64,000 nucleotides of DNA from Eubacteriales bacterium (lineage in GTDB: Bacteria > Bacillota > Clostridia > Oscillospirales > CAG-382), in contig JAZNCU010000047.1 of assembly GCA_045587745.1 (NCBI GenBank), positions 76 to 64,075 on the forward strand, given 5' to 3'. Below, in pieces: positions 44,254 to 52,855 of this stretch (its first letter is position 1; each line of letters begins with the position of its first letter). A program made the position numbers and the translations under genes. The notes beneath the pieces were generated by a model. The model saw nothing but the letters and a program-made list of their open reading frames with translations. It had not been told where the DNA came from and ran no database searches.

Positions 44254-45009
44254 ATGAAAAAAATCGCTATCCTTCTCGCATTTGTTATTTGCTTTGCGTG
44301 TGCGCTCGTAGCATGTAACGATGCTGCAGACGAGTCCTCTGTGGCTGAGTCTGTTGCTGAGTCTAACGTTGAGTCAGATACCGGCTCTGAGGCTGAGTCT
44401 GATGCTGAGTCCGAGGTTGAGTCCGAGGTTGAGTCAGATACCGAGGATACTTCCTCCGAGGCTGAGGATGTCTCCGAGGAAGATGTTGTTATCAGCGGCT
44501 CGAATGTTGCTGAGGGCAAAGAGTACACCGTTACCGGTTGCGGTACCGGATATATCAACGAGAGTGGTCAGTGGCCTTCCGTTTACAACGCAAGCCTTAC
44601 CGATGGCTTAGCAAGTGAAGAACTCAACTTCGGCACCACCTCCACCTGGTTTGCTTTCTACAACAACAGCTCCAACCCTGAGCTTATCAACGCCCCCGAC
44701 GGACTTGGTGCGATTGTAATCGATCTCGGTGAGGCTTACGATCTCTCCGCAATCAGAGTTCACCTCGGTAACCACTACGCAAACGGCGTGAACAGTCCCA
44801 ACTACGTTAACGTTTACACCTCCGCTGACGGCAACGAGTTCACCATGGTTGGCGAGCTTGAGATCAAGGACGCTGAGGAAACCGACAATGCAGTTCTCGC
44901 ATACTGGAGTGAGATCAACGCAGGAACCAATGCACGCTACGTTAAAGTTGAATTCAGCCTTCGCGGCGTATTTGCGTTCCTTGATGAGATCGAGATCTAC
45001 GGCGAATAA
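44254..45009 (+). CDS. Lipoprotein with acidic Ser/Glu repeat linker and discoidin (F5/8 type C, CBM32-like) domain
   Basis: Lipobox LVACND. ESxAES/EVES repeats. The C-terminal ~150 aa end in ARYVKVEFSLRGVFAFLDEIEIYG, which is typical of discoidin domains. Confidence 0.62.
   Translation: MKKIAILLAFVICFACALVACNDAADESSVAESVAESNVESDTGSEAESDAESEVESEVESDTEDTSSEAEDVSEEDVVISGSNVAEGKEYTVTGCGTGYINESGQWPSVYNASLTDGLASEELNFGTTSTWFAFYNNSSNPELINAPDGLGAIVIDLGEAYDLSAIRVHLGNHYANGVNSPNYVNVYTSADGNEFTMVGELEIKDAEETDNAVLAYWSEINAGTNARYVKVEFSLRGVFAFLDEIEIYGE
44332..44483 (+). repeat. Imperfect short tandem repeats (GAGTCN-based, 12-nt period) encoding the acidic linker
   Basis: gctgagtct / gttgagtca / gctgagtcc / gttgagtcc units are visible in the sequence. 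Confidence 0.7.
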
Positions 45010-45065
45010 TCAGCTTACCGTTAAATAGAAGGCAGACCTTTTAGGCTCCTTCTCATAAGGATGTT

Positions 45066-45099
45066 AAAAACCGACAGACTTTTGTTCTGTCGGTTTTTT
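45066..45099. terminator. Bidirectional terminator
   Basis: Stem CCGACAGA / TCTGTCGG (45071-45093), flanked by AAAAA and TTTTTT. Confidence 0.75.
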
Positions 45100-45151
45100 C
45101 TTTTATGAATTTTAATTTATCTAACTGTTCGACATATTGGAATTGATAATT

Positions 45152-45649
45152 CTATAACAACGCCTCATAGATTTTCGCAGAACATTCGGCTGGCGCCATA
45201 ATAGAAGTGTCCACCGTTAAGTCATATTCGTCCTTCGGGAATAAGTATGTATATGAGGATTCGGCAGACCCCGGGCATCTGTTTTTGCGTGCATTCTCTC
45301 TTTGAAGCAACACATCTAGGGGACAGGTTACATGTACGAAAAGGATACGATATTGTCCCAACATTGCTGTTAGCTGACGAAAAATTCGTTCACTTGTAAT
45401 TACATGGTCAATAATAACGCCCGACGAAGTTTTCAGAGCTTCCAATGCGCTTGTACACATGTCACCTGATATCTCAAATACATCATCCTCGTATATAGTT
45501 TCATCTGTTGACAGTTTCATAAAATCATCAATAGAAATAATAACGTACTTTTCATTTATTTTTTCTTCTATCAGCCCTTGCAATGCTTTGGATAATGTAG
45601 ATTTTCCGCTACTGGATGGACCGTTGAGCAATATTATCTGTTTTTTCAT
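45152..45649 (-). CDS. Chloramphenicol-phosphotransferase-like (CPT family) P-loop kinase
   Basis: Start moved to ATG 45649 after GGAGG. IILLNGPSSSGKST Walker A. Overall layout (DDF..., VIIDHV, LFVHVTCPLDVLLQRENAR, YDLTVDTS) matches the CPT family as I remember it. The gene is visibly AT-richer than its neighbours. Confidence 0.68.
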   Translation of the reverse strand: MKKQIILLNGPSSSGKSTLSKALQGLIEEKINEKYVIISIDDFMKLSTDETIYEDDVFEISGDMCTSALEALKTSSGVIIDHVITSERIFRQLTAMLGQYRILFVHVTCPLDVLLQRENARKNRCPGSAESSYTYLFPKDEYDLTVDTSIMAPAECSAKIYEALL

Positions 45650-45906
45650 GTCGTAGACCTCCGCCAAATTGGAATTTATCGAACTGATTTAGAATATCCA
45701 GCATCGCATTTGTATGCACAAACGCTTATTGGGCTCAACCCAATCTCATTTTAATATAACATTTCAGTCGATATTATTCAAGCTTTATTCCAACTTCGTC
45801 GGAGTTTTATTATTGCTTTTTGGCAATCGTGTTATTAAAACCTTACGTTTTAGTGATATTTTATACGCCAGACTCGGCGTGGCCGAATACCACTATGCGA
45901 AGCATA

Positions 45907-45941
45907 ATAAAACAGCGAGACTTCCTTGTGGGAAGTCTCGC
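45907..45941 (-). terminator. Rho-independent terminator after pck
   Basis: Stem AGCGAGACTTCC / GGAAGTCTCGCT (45914-45941), with a minus-strand U-tract (plus-strand AATAAAA at 45907-45913). Confidence 0.72.
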
Positions 45942-45971
45942 TGATCGCTCTGTTTTTTGATTAAACCGTAA

Positions 45972-47762
45972 TTATTTAAGTCTTGCGATCTGGTCAGCGA
46001 GCTGCTTTCTGAGCTCCTCGGGAATGGTGTCGCCGATCTTAGCGTAGAACTCGGTGACGCTGCCCTCGAGGTCCTCGAGCCAGTACTCGTTTTCGACGGT
46101 GAGAATGCTCTTGAGGTCATCGATAGTGAATTTGTGACCCTCGCAGATGCTGTAATCAAGACCCTCGAGGTTGATGTCCTCGGCGTTGGGAACGTAGCCG
46201 ATAGGAGTAGAAACTGCATCAACTTCGCCCTCGCACCTCTTGATGATCCACTCGAGTACACGGAAGTTGTCGCCAAATCCGGGCCACATAAAGTTGCGGT
46301 CGTCATCAAGTCTGAACCAGTTAACGTGGAAGATCTTGGGAAGGTTGGTAGCCTTGCTCTCCATGTCGAGCCAGTGAGCAAAGTAGTCACCCATATTGTA
46401 GCCGCAGAAGGGAAGCATAGCCATGGGATCACGTCTTACTACGCCGACTGCACCGGATGCTGCAGCGGTAGTCTCGGAAGCCATAATGGAACCAACGAAG
46501 GTGCCGTGCTTCCAATCAAAGGACTGGTAAACAAGGGGAGCGGTCTTTGCTCTGCGTCCGCCGAAAATGATAGCGGAAAGGGGAACGCCTGCGGGATTGT
46601 CAAACTCTTTGGAAATGCAGGGGCAGTTCTTTGCAGGAGCAGTAAAGCGGGAGTTGGGGTGTGCGCCCTTCTCGCCGAGGGTGTGATCCCAGGTCTCGCC
46701 CTTCCAGTTGAGAGCGTTTGCGGGAGGATTCTTGTCAAGGCCTTCCCACCAAACGGTGTCGTTGTCGAGATTATGAACAACGTTTGTAAAAATGGTACCC
46801 TTCTGGGTAGAAATGAGAGCGTTGGGATTGGATTTCATATTGGTGCCGGGAGCAACGCCAAAGAAGCCGTTCTCGGGGTTTGCAGCCCAAAGTCTGCCGT
46901 CAGCGCCTACACGGATCCAAGCGATATCATCGCCTACGCACCATACCTTGTAGCCCTTCTCGGTGTAAAGTGCGGGAGGAATAAGCATTGCGAGGTTGGT
47001 CTTGCCGCAAGCAGAGGGGAATGCAGCTGCAACGTATTTGATCTCGCCGTTGGGATATTCGATACCGAGGATGAGCATATGCTCAGCCATCCAGCCCTCG
47101 TTTTTGCCGAGGTAGGAAGCGATTCTGAGTGCAAAGCACTTTTTGCCGAGAAGAACGTTTCCGCCGTAGCCCGAGTTGATGGACCAGATGGTGTTGTCCT
47201 CGGGAAAATGGCAGATATAACGGTTGTTCTCGTCCATATCAGCTCTTGCGTGGAGACCCTTGATAAAGTCGCCGTCGGTGCCCATTGCATCAAGAACAGC
47301 GGTGCCGACACGGGTCATAATAACCATGTTGAGTACAACGTAGATAGAGTCGGTGAGCTCGATACCGTTCTTGGCAAACTCACTGCCTACAACGCCCATA
47401 GAGTAGGGGATAACGTACATAGTTCTGCCGGCGTAGGAGCCCTTGTAGAGCTTGCCGAGCTTCTCGTAGCATTCCTGGGGATCCATCCAGTTGTTGGTAG
47501 CGCCTGCATCCTCTTTCTTGCGGGAGCAGATAAATGTTCTGCCCTCAACACGAGCAACGTCGTTAACGGCGGTTCTGTGGAGATAGCAGCCGGGAAGCTT
47601 TTCCTGATTGAGTTTGAACATCTCGCCACTACGGCAAGCCTCTTCTCTGAGAGCCTCAATCTGTGCATCGGAGCCGTCGATAAGAACGACATCCTTGGGG
47701 TTGCAAAGCTCGATCATTTCATCAAGCCAAGCGTTGAGTTTGGTGTTGTTGGTAAGTGCCAT
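45972..47762 (-). CDS. pck: Phosphoenolpyruvate carboxykinase (GTP)
   Basis: 596 aa. GTP-type PEPCK hallmarks (FPSACGKTN kinase-1a loop, WxGDDIAW, NWFR). GGAGG RBS. Confidence 0.93.
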   Translation of the reverse strand: MALTNNTKLNAWLDEMIELCNPKDVVLIDGSDAQIEALREEACRSGEMFKLNQEKLPGCYLHRTAVNDVARVEGRTFICSRKKEDAGATNNWMDPQECYEKLGKLYKGSYAGRTMYVIPYSMGVVGSEFAKNGIELTDSIYVVLNMVIMTRVGTAVLDAMGTDGDFIKGLHARADMDENNRYICHFPEDNTIWSINSGYGGNVLLGKKCFALRIASYLGKNEGWMAEHMLILGIEYPNGEIKYVAAAFPSACGKTNLAMLIPPALYTEKGYKVWCVGDDIAWIRVGADGRLWAANPENGFFGVAPGTNMKSNPNALISTQKGTIFTNVVHNLDNDTVWWEGLDKNPPANALNWKGETWDHTLGEKGAHPNSRFTAPAKNCPCISKEFDNPAGVPLSAIIFGGRRAKTAPLVYQSFDWKHGTFVGSIMASETTAAASGAVGVVRRDPMAMLPFCGYNMGDYFAHWLDMESKATNLPKIFHVNWFRLDDDRNFMWPGFGDNFRVLEWIIKRCEGEVDAVSTPIGYVPNAEDINLEGLDYSICEGHKFTIDDLKSILTVENEYWLEDLEGSVTEFYAKIGDTIPEELRKQLADQIARLK

Positions 47763-47782
47763 AATTTCCTCCGTGGGTGAAT

Positions 47783-48610
47783 TTATTTTTTGATTTTAAT
47801 ATACATTTTGTCTGCTATGAGCGAAAAAGCATTGATATCAAGCATCTCGCCCCTGATATCTGCAGTAAGCCCGCATTCCTCGATTGCCGCAGTTATTTCT
47901 GCCTTTGACAGTCTGTCTCCGAATGAAGCAAAGAGTGCATTGGATAGCGTTTTGCGTCTTTGTCCGAACGCCGCACGAATCACCTCGAAGAACATCCTTG
48001 TATCAACAGGACTGACGGGTGGCTTTTCGTGCAGGTCAAACCTGATTACCGCACTGTCGACCTTTGGCTTGGGACTGAAGCAGCCTGCCTTTACTGTAAA
48101 CAGCTTTTTTACGGTTGCATAGTAGGAAATCGAGGCGGTCACTGCGCTGTAGTTCTCGCTTCCGCTTTTTGAACAGAATCTGTCCGCTACTTCCTTTTGT
48201 ACCATCACCGTAATACTGCGAAATCGGTGCATTCCCTCGAGCAGCTTCATAATAATCTCGCTGGTGATGTAGTAGGGGAGGTTAGCGCAGACGCAAACGT
48301 CCATATCTGCAAATTCCTCTTTCAGCAACGCATCAACGTCAACGCTAAGTATGTCGTTGTTGATAATACGGACGTTTTTGCAATCCTTCAGATTCTCGCC
48401 AAGAATAGGTATGAGCTCGCTGTCAATCTCGACAGAAATTACCTTTTTGGCAACCTTACTCAGCTCTCTGGTGAGAATCCCGAATCCCGGTCCTATCTCA
48501 ATAACTCCGTCGTTTTCGGAAATGCCGCTTTCAGCAACGATCCTGCGAGGTATATCGGGATTGGTCAAGAAGTTCTGCCCGTATTGCTTTTTCTTTTTGA
48601 AATCAGTCAT
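47783..48610 (-). CDS. rsmA: 16S rRNA (adenine1518/1519-N6)-dimethyltransferase
   Basis: N-terminus KKQYGQNFL, SAM motif VIEIGPGFGILT, NLPYYI motif. Confidence 0.92.
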   Translation of the reverse strand: MTDFKKKKQYGQNFLTNPDIPRRIVAESGISENDGVIEIGPGFGILTRELSKVAKKVISVEIDSELIPILGENLKDCKNVRIINNDILSVDVDALLKEEFADMDVCVCANLPYYITSEIIMKLLEGMHRFRSITVMVQKEVADRFCSKSGSENYSAVTASISYYATVKKLFTVKAGCFSPKPKVDSAVIRFDLHEKPPVSPVDTRMFFEVIRAAFGQRRKTLSNALFASFGDRLSKAEITAAIEECGLTADIRGEMLDINAFSLIADKMYIKIKK

Positions 48611-49164
48611 TCTTTGTCAATAATTGTTAGGAACTTTGCAGTTCCGCCAACCGCAAACTGACCGTGAGGAATGGACGGCTTGAAGTAAATGCTGTCGCCC
48701 TCATGGAGTATAAATTCCTTGCTTCCGATAGAAATACCGATAGTACCCTCCAGCACGTAGTTAAACTCCTGCCCTGAGTGGGAAACCTGATCGGCCTTTT
48801 TCTCGGAAGGCGTTATGGTAACAATCATCGGCTCCTTATCTCTGCCGATAAAGTTATGTGCAAGCGACTCGAACTTATATCCCTCAAAACGCTCAACGCC
48901 TACACCGCAGCCCTTGCGAGTGATGCAATACTCGGACATACGGGGTGCATCACCTACCAATAGCTCAGTGGAATCAATACCGAGCACGGATGCCGTTTTG
49001 TAGATGATGCTGATAGGAATATCCTTTTCGCCTCTCTCGTACATAAGGTATTCCTCGGTGGAAATACCAATACCCTCGGCAACCTCCGTCTCGCTCATAT
49101 CAAGAACGTCACGCATATATGCGATTCGGTCAGCGATAAGCTTGATTTGTTCGTTAACGCTCAT
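48607..49164 (-). CDS. XRE-family HTH regulator with C-terminal cupin domain
   Basis: HTH_3-like N-terminus (IADRIAYMRDVLDMSETEVAEGIGIS) and cupin segment (HSGQEFNYVLEGT...GDSIYF). Four-nt overlap with the rsmA start. Confidence 0.8.
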   Translation of the reverse strand: MSVNEQIKLIADRIAYMRDVLDMSETEVAEGIGISTEEYLMYERGEKDIPISIIYKTASVLGIDSTELLVGDAPRMSEYCITRKGCGVGVERFEGYKFESLAHNFIGRDKEPMIVTITPSEKKADQVSHSGQEFNYVLEGTIGISIGSKEFILHEGDSIYFKPSIPHGQFAVGGTAKFLTIIDKE

Positions 49165-49189
49165 GTAATACTCCTGAAAGTTTTAAGTG

Positions 49190-50659
49190 TTATTCTTGAG
49201 TTCCCTCGAGAATGTCAACCTGCTCCATAATGGTGTCAATGCTGCTCTGAATGCTGTTGACGTGGGACTCGATCGAGGATGCGATAGCATTGTTTTCGCT
49301 CATGATAAGTCCGGTATAGATGTAGAGCGAGCTACCGAAATCGTAAACGGCCGCAGGATCCCAGATACGGTTCTCAAAAATAGTGTCGAGCATCTTGTCA
49401 TCATCGTCAGAGGTGAACTTCTGAAGCTTGATAGTCTCCTCGTAGTATTTGGGCTGGAGAATCTCCTGACCGTAGTAGCCCAAAGCCTCAAGAGCATAGG
49501 AGATGAATTCAAGGTCCTCTGCACGGGTGGTGCTGGGAAGAGCTATAAACTGTGCCCAGTATACGGTTGCGGGCGAGCAGTAGTTGTTCTGGGTGGAATC
49601 AAACTTGGGCATAGGAAGAATGCCATAGGTAAAATCTGCGTTGGAATCAAGCAGCGTCTGAACGTAAGCGACCTTATTGTACTGGAAGAGCGCTCTGCCC
49701 TCGGCAAAGATAGTATTTGCCTGGAGGTAGTACTCGCTGTTGAAGGCCATCTCGGCAACACAGGTATTCTCAGTGTCGGTGAGAACCTCAAACATCTTGT
49801 CGAATTTAGTGTATGTTTCCTCGTTCTGAACGTTGATGATAAAGCAATCGTCGATATCCTTATCGATCATTTTTTGATCGTAGCTCATCATGCAGGCGAT
49901 TCCGTCATAGGTCTGTGCAATGATGCCAAAGGTATCGTTTTCGTAGTCTGCGGTGGAGCCCTGGCTTGCTACCTTGCTGAGCTCGTACATCTGGTCGATG
50001 GTCCACTCATTGTTATAAACGTAGTCGTAAATGGGTTTGGAGCCGTCAGTATTGAAGAGGTTGTTATACAGATCTTTGTTAACGAAAACGCCCCAGGTTG
50101 CGCCCTGGTCGCTGACGAGAAGATCACCTGTAACAAAGAAAATGTGGTTTTTTACCGAAAGATCACGGATCGAAGCCTGCTCCCACCAAGGGTTGCTGAG
50201 GTTGAGAGATTCAATGTCAGCAAGGTCGTAGAGGAGACCCTCGAGAGCGTATTTAGCAAGATTGAGCGAGCTGTTGACGATAACGTCAAATTCGCAAGTA
50301 TCAGCCTCGATTGAGTTTTTGATAATATCAACGTCGCTGGGCTCACGGTGCTGGGTTACAACGTTAATGCCGTACTGCTCGGCAAGAAGAATGTAACGCT
50401 CGTAGGATGCATCGTTTACAGCGCTACCGTTGGTCTCGTAAGCGGCAATCTCGCAGTTGGTGTAGGTATCGGCATCAACTCCGCCTATAGAGAATACGAT
50501 GTCTTTTCCGCCCCAGTTTTTGGTCTCAAGTCCAAATGGCGTTTTGCCGTCGCCCTCGGATGTGGCTAAGCTTTCAACGTCGCCGTCGCCGTTGCAGGCG
50601 CAAAACAGGGGAATGAGCATAAACAGTGCCAATAAAATTACGATAAATTTCTTGTTCAT
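49190..50659 (-). CDS. Orphan extracellular solute-binding lipoprotein (family-1 SBP-like)
   Basis: Signal peptide plus lipobox-like LFCACNG. 489 aa, with size and composition typical of sugar SBPs. No permease genes adjacent. Confidence 0.7.
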   Translation of the reverse strand: MNKKFIVILLALFMLIPLFCACNGDGDVESLATSEGDGKTPFGLETKNWGGKDIVFSIGGVDADTYTNCEIAAYETNGSAVNDASYERYILLAEQYGINVVTQHREPSDVDIIKNSIEADTCEFDVIVNSSLNLAKYALEGLLYDLADIESLNLSNPWWEQASIRDLSVKNHIFFVTGDLLVSDQGATWGVFVNKDLYNNLFNTDGSKPIYDYVYNNEWTIDQMYELSKVASQGSTADYENDTFGIIAQTYDGIACMMSYDQKMIDKDIDDCFIINVQNEETYTKFDKMFEVLTDTENTCVAEMAFNSEYYLQANTIFAEGRALFQYNKVAYVQTLLDSNADFTYGILPMPKFDSTQNNYCSPATVYWAQFIALPSTTRAEDLEFISYALEALGYYGQEILQPKYYEETIKLQKFTSDDDDKMLDTIFENRIWDPAAVYDFGSSLYIYTGLIMSENNAIASSIESHVNSIQSSIDTIMEQVDILEGTQE

Positions 50660-50712
50660 ATCTGTACCTCCATTTTTTGTCAGAATAATTATACCAAATT
50701 ATATATGTCCAG

Positions 50713-51519
50713 TCAAGTGACACATTGTATATTTTCTATGTTTTCGAGAACTATTTTTTTGCCTTTATAAGCAAATGCGTATTTATTGAATTCACCCTCG
50801 TCGAGATTCTCGATAAATTCCTTGGTTATGCTTCCTTTGCGGGATTCCGAAAAGTATGTAACCGGTGCTACCTTTGCGGCTTTGTTGTACGGACAAACGT
50901 TCTGACATATGTCGCAGCCCCAGACGATTCCCGCTTTTCGAAGCAGCAATAATTCCTCGTTACTCTTTTTCTTTTTTTGCGAAACTGCCGGAAGGCATTT
51001 ATCTCTATTGATGCCGTCATCGGAAATTGCGCCCGTGTGGCAGGCGTCAAGGCAAATGTTGCAGGCGTTGCAGGTGCTTATATCGGTCAGCTTATGCTCG
51101 AGCTCTGCGCTTGTAAGTATCGAAGCAATAAAAACAAAGCTGCCGTATATCTTGTCGATGAACAGGGTGTTTTTTCCGAGCACACCCAGTCCGCACCTTG
51201 CCGCAGCATACTTTTCGTCGATAGGCGATCTGTCCGCAAAGCCGTAAAACCTCTCGCCCGTAAGGCGTTCGAGCTCGGGGCAAAGGGAGTCGAACAAATT
51301 TTCAAAGTATTTATGATAGTCGTATATCCTTGCGTATTCCGAAAAACCGTCCTTGCTCATCTCAAGATCTCCGCATCTGTAAGGAACATCAAATACGACG
51401 GCTGTCTTTACACCGCCTGGCATAAGGTGAGAGTATACGGTTTTGCATTCGCTGATCGGAATCACACCGAAATGGTCAATGCCGTGTCTGCTAAGAAGTG
51501 ATTTAACGGTATCCTTCAT
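50713..51519 (-). CDS. queG: Epoxyqueuosine reductase-like 4Fe-4S protein (short QueG form)
   Basis: YARIYDYHKYF, ADRSPIDEKYAAARCGLGVLGKNTLFI, CNACNICLDACHTGA and WGCDICQNVCPYN are collinear with QueG. The C-terminal HEAT-like part is missing. Confidence 0.62.
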   Translation of the reverse strand: MKDTVKSLLSRHGIDHFGVIPISECKTVYSHLMPGGVKTAVVFDVPYRCGDLEMSKDGFSEYARIYDYHKYFENLFDSLCPELERLTGERFYGFADRSPIDEKYAAARCGLGVLGKNTLFIDKIYGSFVFIASILTSAELEHKLTDISTCNACNICLDACHTGAISDDGINRDKCLPAVSQKKKKSNEELLLLRKAGIVWGCDICQNVCPYNKAAKVAPVTYFSESRKGSITKEFIENLDEGEFNKYAFAYKGKKIVLENIENIQCVT

Positions 51520-51614
51520 ATTGTCCTCAATTCAAAAGAAAAAGGCTCCGTATCTGCCGAATGACAAATAACAGAACCTTTAGCGTAAAATTCAGTCCGC
51601 TATCACCAAATATG

Positions 51615-51950
51615 TCAATCGGTGATGTAGGGAATGAGTGCAAGGTGTCTCGCTCTCTTAACAGCAAGGGTGAGCTGTCTCTGGTGGCGTGCACAGGTAC
51701 CGGTTACTCTGCGGGGAAGAATCTTAGCTCTCTCGGAGAGATTCTTGCGGAGACGAAGGGTATCCTTGTAATCGATGTAATCGATTTTATCTGCACAGAA
51801 AGCGCAAACTTTCTTTCTTCTCTTGTTGCCACGGAAGGGAGCTCTTGCGCCGTCACGCTGCTCGCGAGGCTCTCTCTGCTCTCTGGTCTCGTTTACTTCT
51901 TCAACCTCGGGAGCGGTCTCCTGAGTGTTAACAACCTGTTCGTTATCCAA
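51615..51950 (-). CDS. rpsR: 30S ribosomal protein S18 (with a charged N-terminal extension)
   Basis: [15 protein letters not shown]...[34 protein letters not shown] start 9 nt after AGGAGG. Confidence 0.9.
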   Translation of the reverse strand: MDNEQVVNTQETAPEVEEVNETREQREPREQRDGARAPFRGNKRRKKVCAFCADKIDYIDYKDTLRLRKNLSERAKILPRRVTGTCARHQRQLTLAVKRARHLALIPYITD

Positions 51951-51973
51951 TGTGATTTACCTCCTTTTAGTTT

Positions 51974-52408
51974 TTAGAAGGGCAGCTCGTCGTCTGCGGA
52001 AAGATCCTCAAAACCCGAATCTGCCGCCGGTGAACTGTAGGTCGGGATAGACTGCTGTGCAGGCTGGCTTCCTGCGGAATCGCTCGACTTTCTCTCGACG
52101 AACTGTGCCTCCTCGGCAACTACCTCGGTGATATAACGCTTGACGTTGTTTGAATCCGTCCAGCTGCGGGTCTGGAGAGAACCGCAAACGAGGATAGGCT
52201 TGCCTTTGGTAAAGAATCTCGAAACAAACTCGGCGGTCTGACGCCATGCAACCACGTTAATGAAATCGGTCTGAGCCTGCTCACCGGGCTTGGTGTAGCG
52301 TCTGTTTACCGCAATGGTAAAGGTTGTAACCTTAATACCGTTAGTGGTGGTTTTAAGTTCGGGATCGTCCGTAAGATTGCCTATGAGAATAACCTTGTTA
52401 AAAGCCAT
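51974..52408 (-). CDS. ssb: Single-stranded DNA-binding protein
   Basis: N-terminus MAFNKVILIGNLTDDPELK, OB-fold, and acidic tip DDELPF. Confidence 0.93.
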   Translation of the reverse strand: MAFNKVILIGNLTDDPELKTTTNGIKVTTFTIAVNRRYTKPGEQAQTDFINVVAWRQTAEFVSRFFTKGKPILVCGSLQTRSWTDSNNVKRYITEVVAEEAQFVERKSSDSAGSQPAQQSIPTYSSPAADSGFEDLSADDELPF

Positions 52409-52432
52409 TGCTCGAACCTACCTTTCGATGAA

Positions 52433-52729
52433 TTACTGCTCGATTCTTACGATGAGCGAACGAAGAATACCGTCGGTGATGTTATAAATTCTGTCAAGCT
52501 CTGCGGGGAAATCGGGAGAAGCCGCAAATTTAACGAGAACGTAATAACCCTCGGTAAGATCTTCGATGGGGTACGCAAACTTTCTCGTCTTCCACTCGTT
52601 TACTTCCTCGATCTCAGCGTTGTCGCCGATGAGGGAAACGAACTTTTCAACGAGAGCCTTAACGGAATCTTCGCCGCCTTCTTTGTTGACAACGAATATC
52701 GTTTCGTACTTGTTTTTAAGCTCCATCAT
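52433..52729 (-). CDS. rpsF: 30S ribosomal protein S6
   Basis: Start moved to ATG 52729 (MMELKNKYETIFVV), 5 nt after GGAGG. rpsF-ssb-rpsR gene order. Confidence 0.9.
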   Translation of the reverse strand: MMELKNKYETIFVVNKEGGEDSVKALVEKFVSLIGDNAEIEEVNEWKTRKFAYPIEDLTEGYYVLVKFAASPDFPAELDRIYNITDGILRSLIVRIEQ

Positions 52730-52752
52730 TACACCTCCTTTTGGACTTTGAC

Positions 52753-52793
52753 CCCGTGTCAATGCACGGGATAAGGAGAAACTAAAAGTTTCT
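52753..52793 (-). promoter_or_regulatory. Structured rpsF 5' UTR (candidate S6:S18-binding leader)
   Basis: Two hairpins lie between the promoter and the RBS: CCCGTG/CACGGG (52753-52770) and AGAAAC/GTTTCT (52777-52793). Confidence 0.35.
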
Positions 52794-52802
52794 AACTATC
52801 AA

Positions 52803-52831
52803 ATTATATCACGCAAACTCACGTTTGTCAA
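52803..52831 (-). promoter_or_regulatory. Consensus sigma-A promoter of rpsF-ssb-rpsR
   Basis: On the minus strand: TTGACA (52831-52826), 17-nt spacer, TATAAT (52808-52803). Confidence 0.65.
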
Positions 52832-52855
52832 TGATAATTTTTGAACAATGTTGAA

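Noticed and set aside
44169-44558. 129-aa Ser/Asp/Thr-rich minus-strand ORF.
   Set aside because: It is the reverse-complement reading of the acidic GAGTCN repeat tract of the 44254-45009 lipoprotein gene. It spans that gene's promoter and terminator and is an artefact of the repeat.
45714-45944. 76-aa ORF in the AT-rich spacer between the CPT-like kinase and pck.
   Set aside because: It has no RBS, runs through the pck terminator hairpin, and its composition is typical of a random AT-rich ORF.
46134-47780. 548-aa plus-strand ORF covering almost all of pck.
   Set aside because: It is antisense to a textbook GTP-PEPCK, and its product is Gly/Val/Ala-rich with no domain signature.
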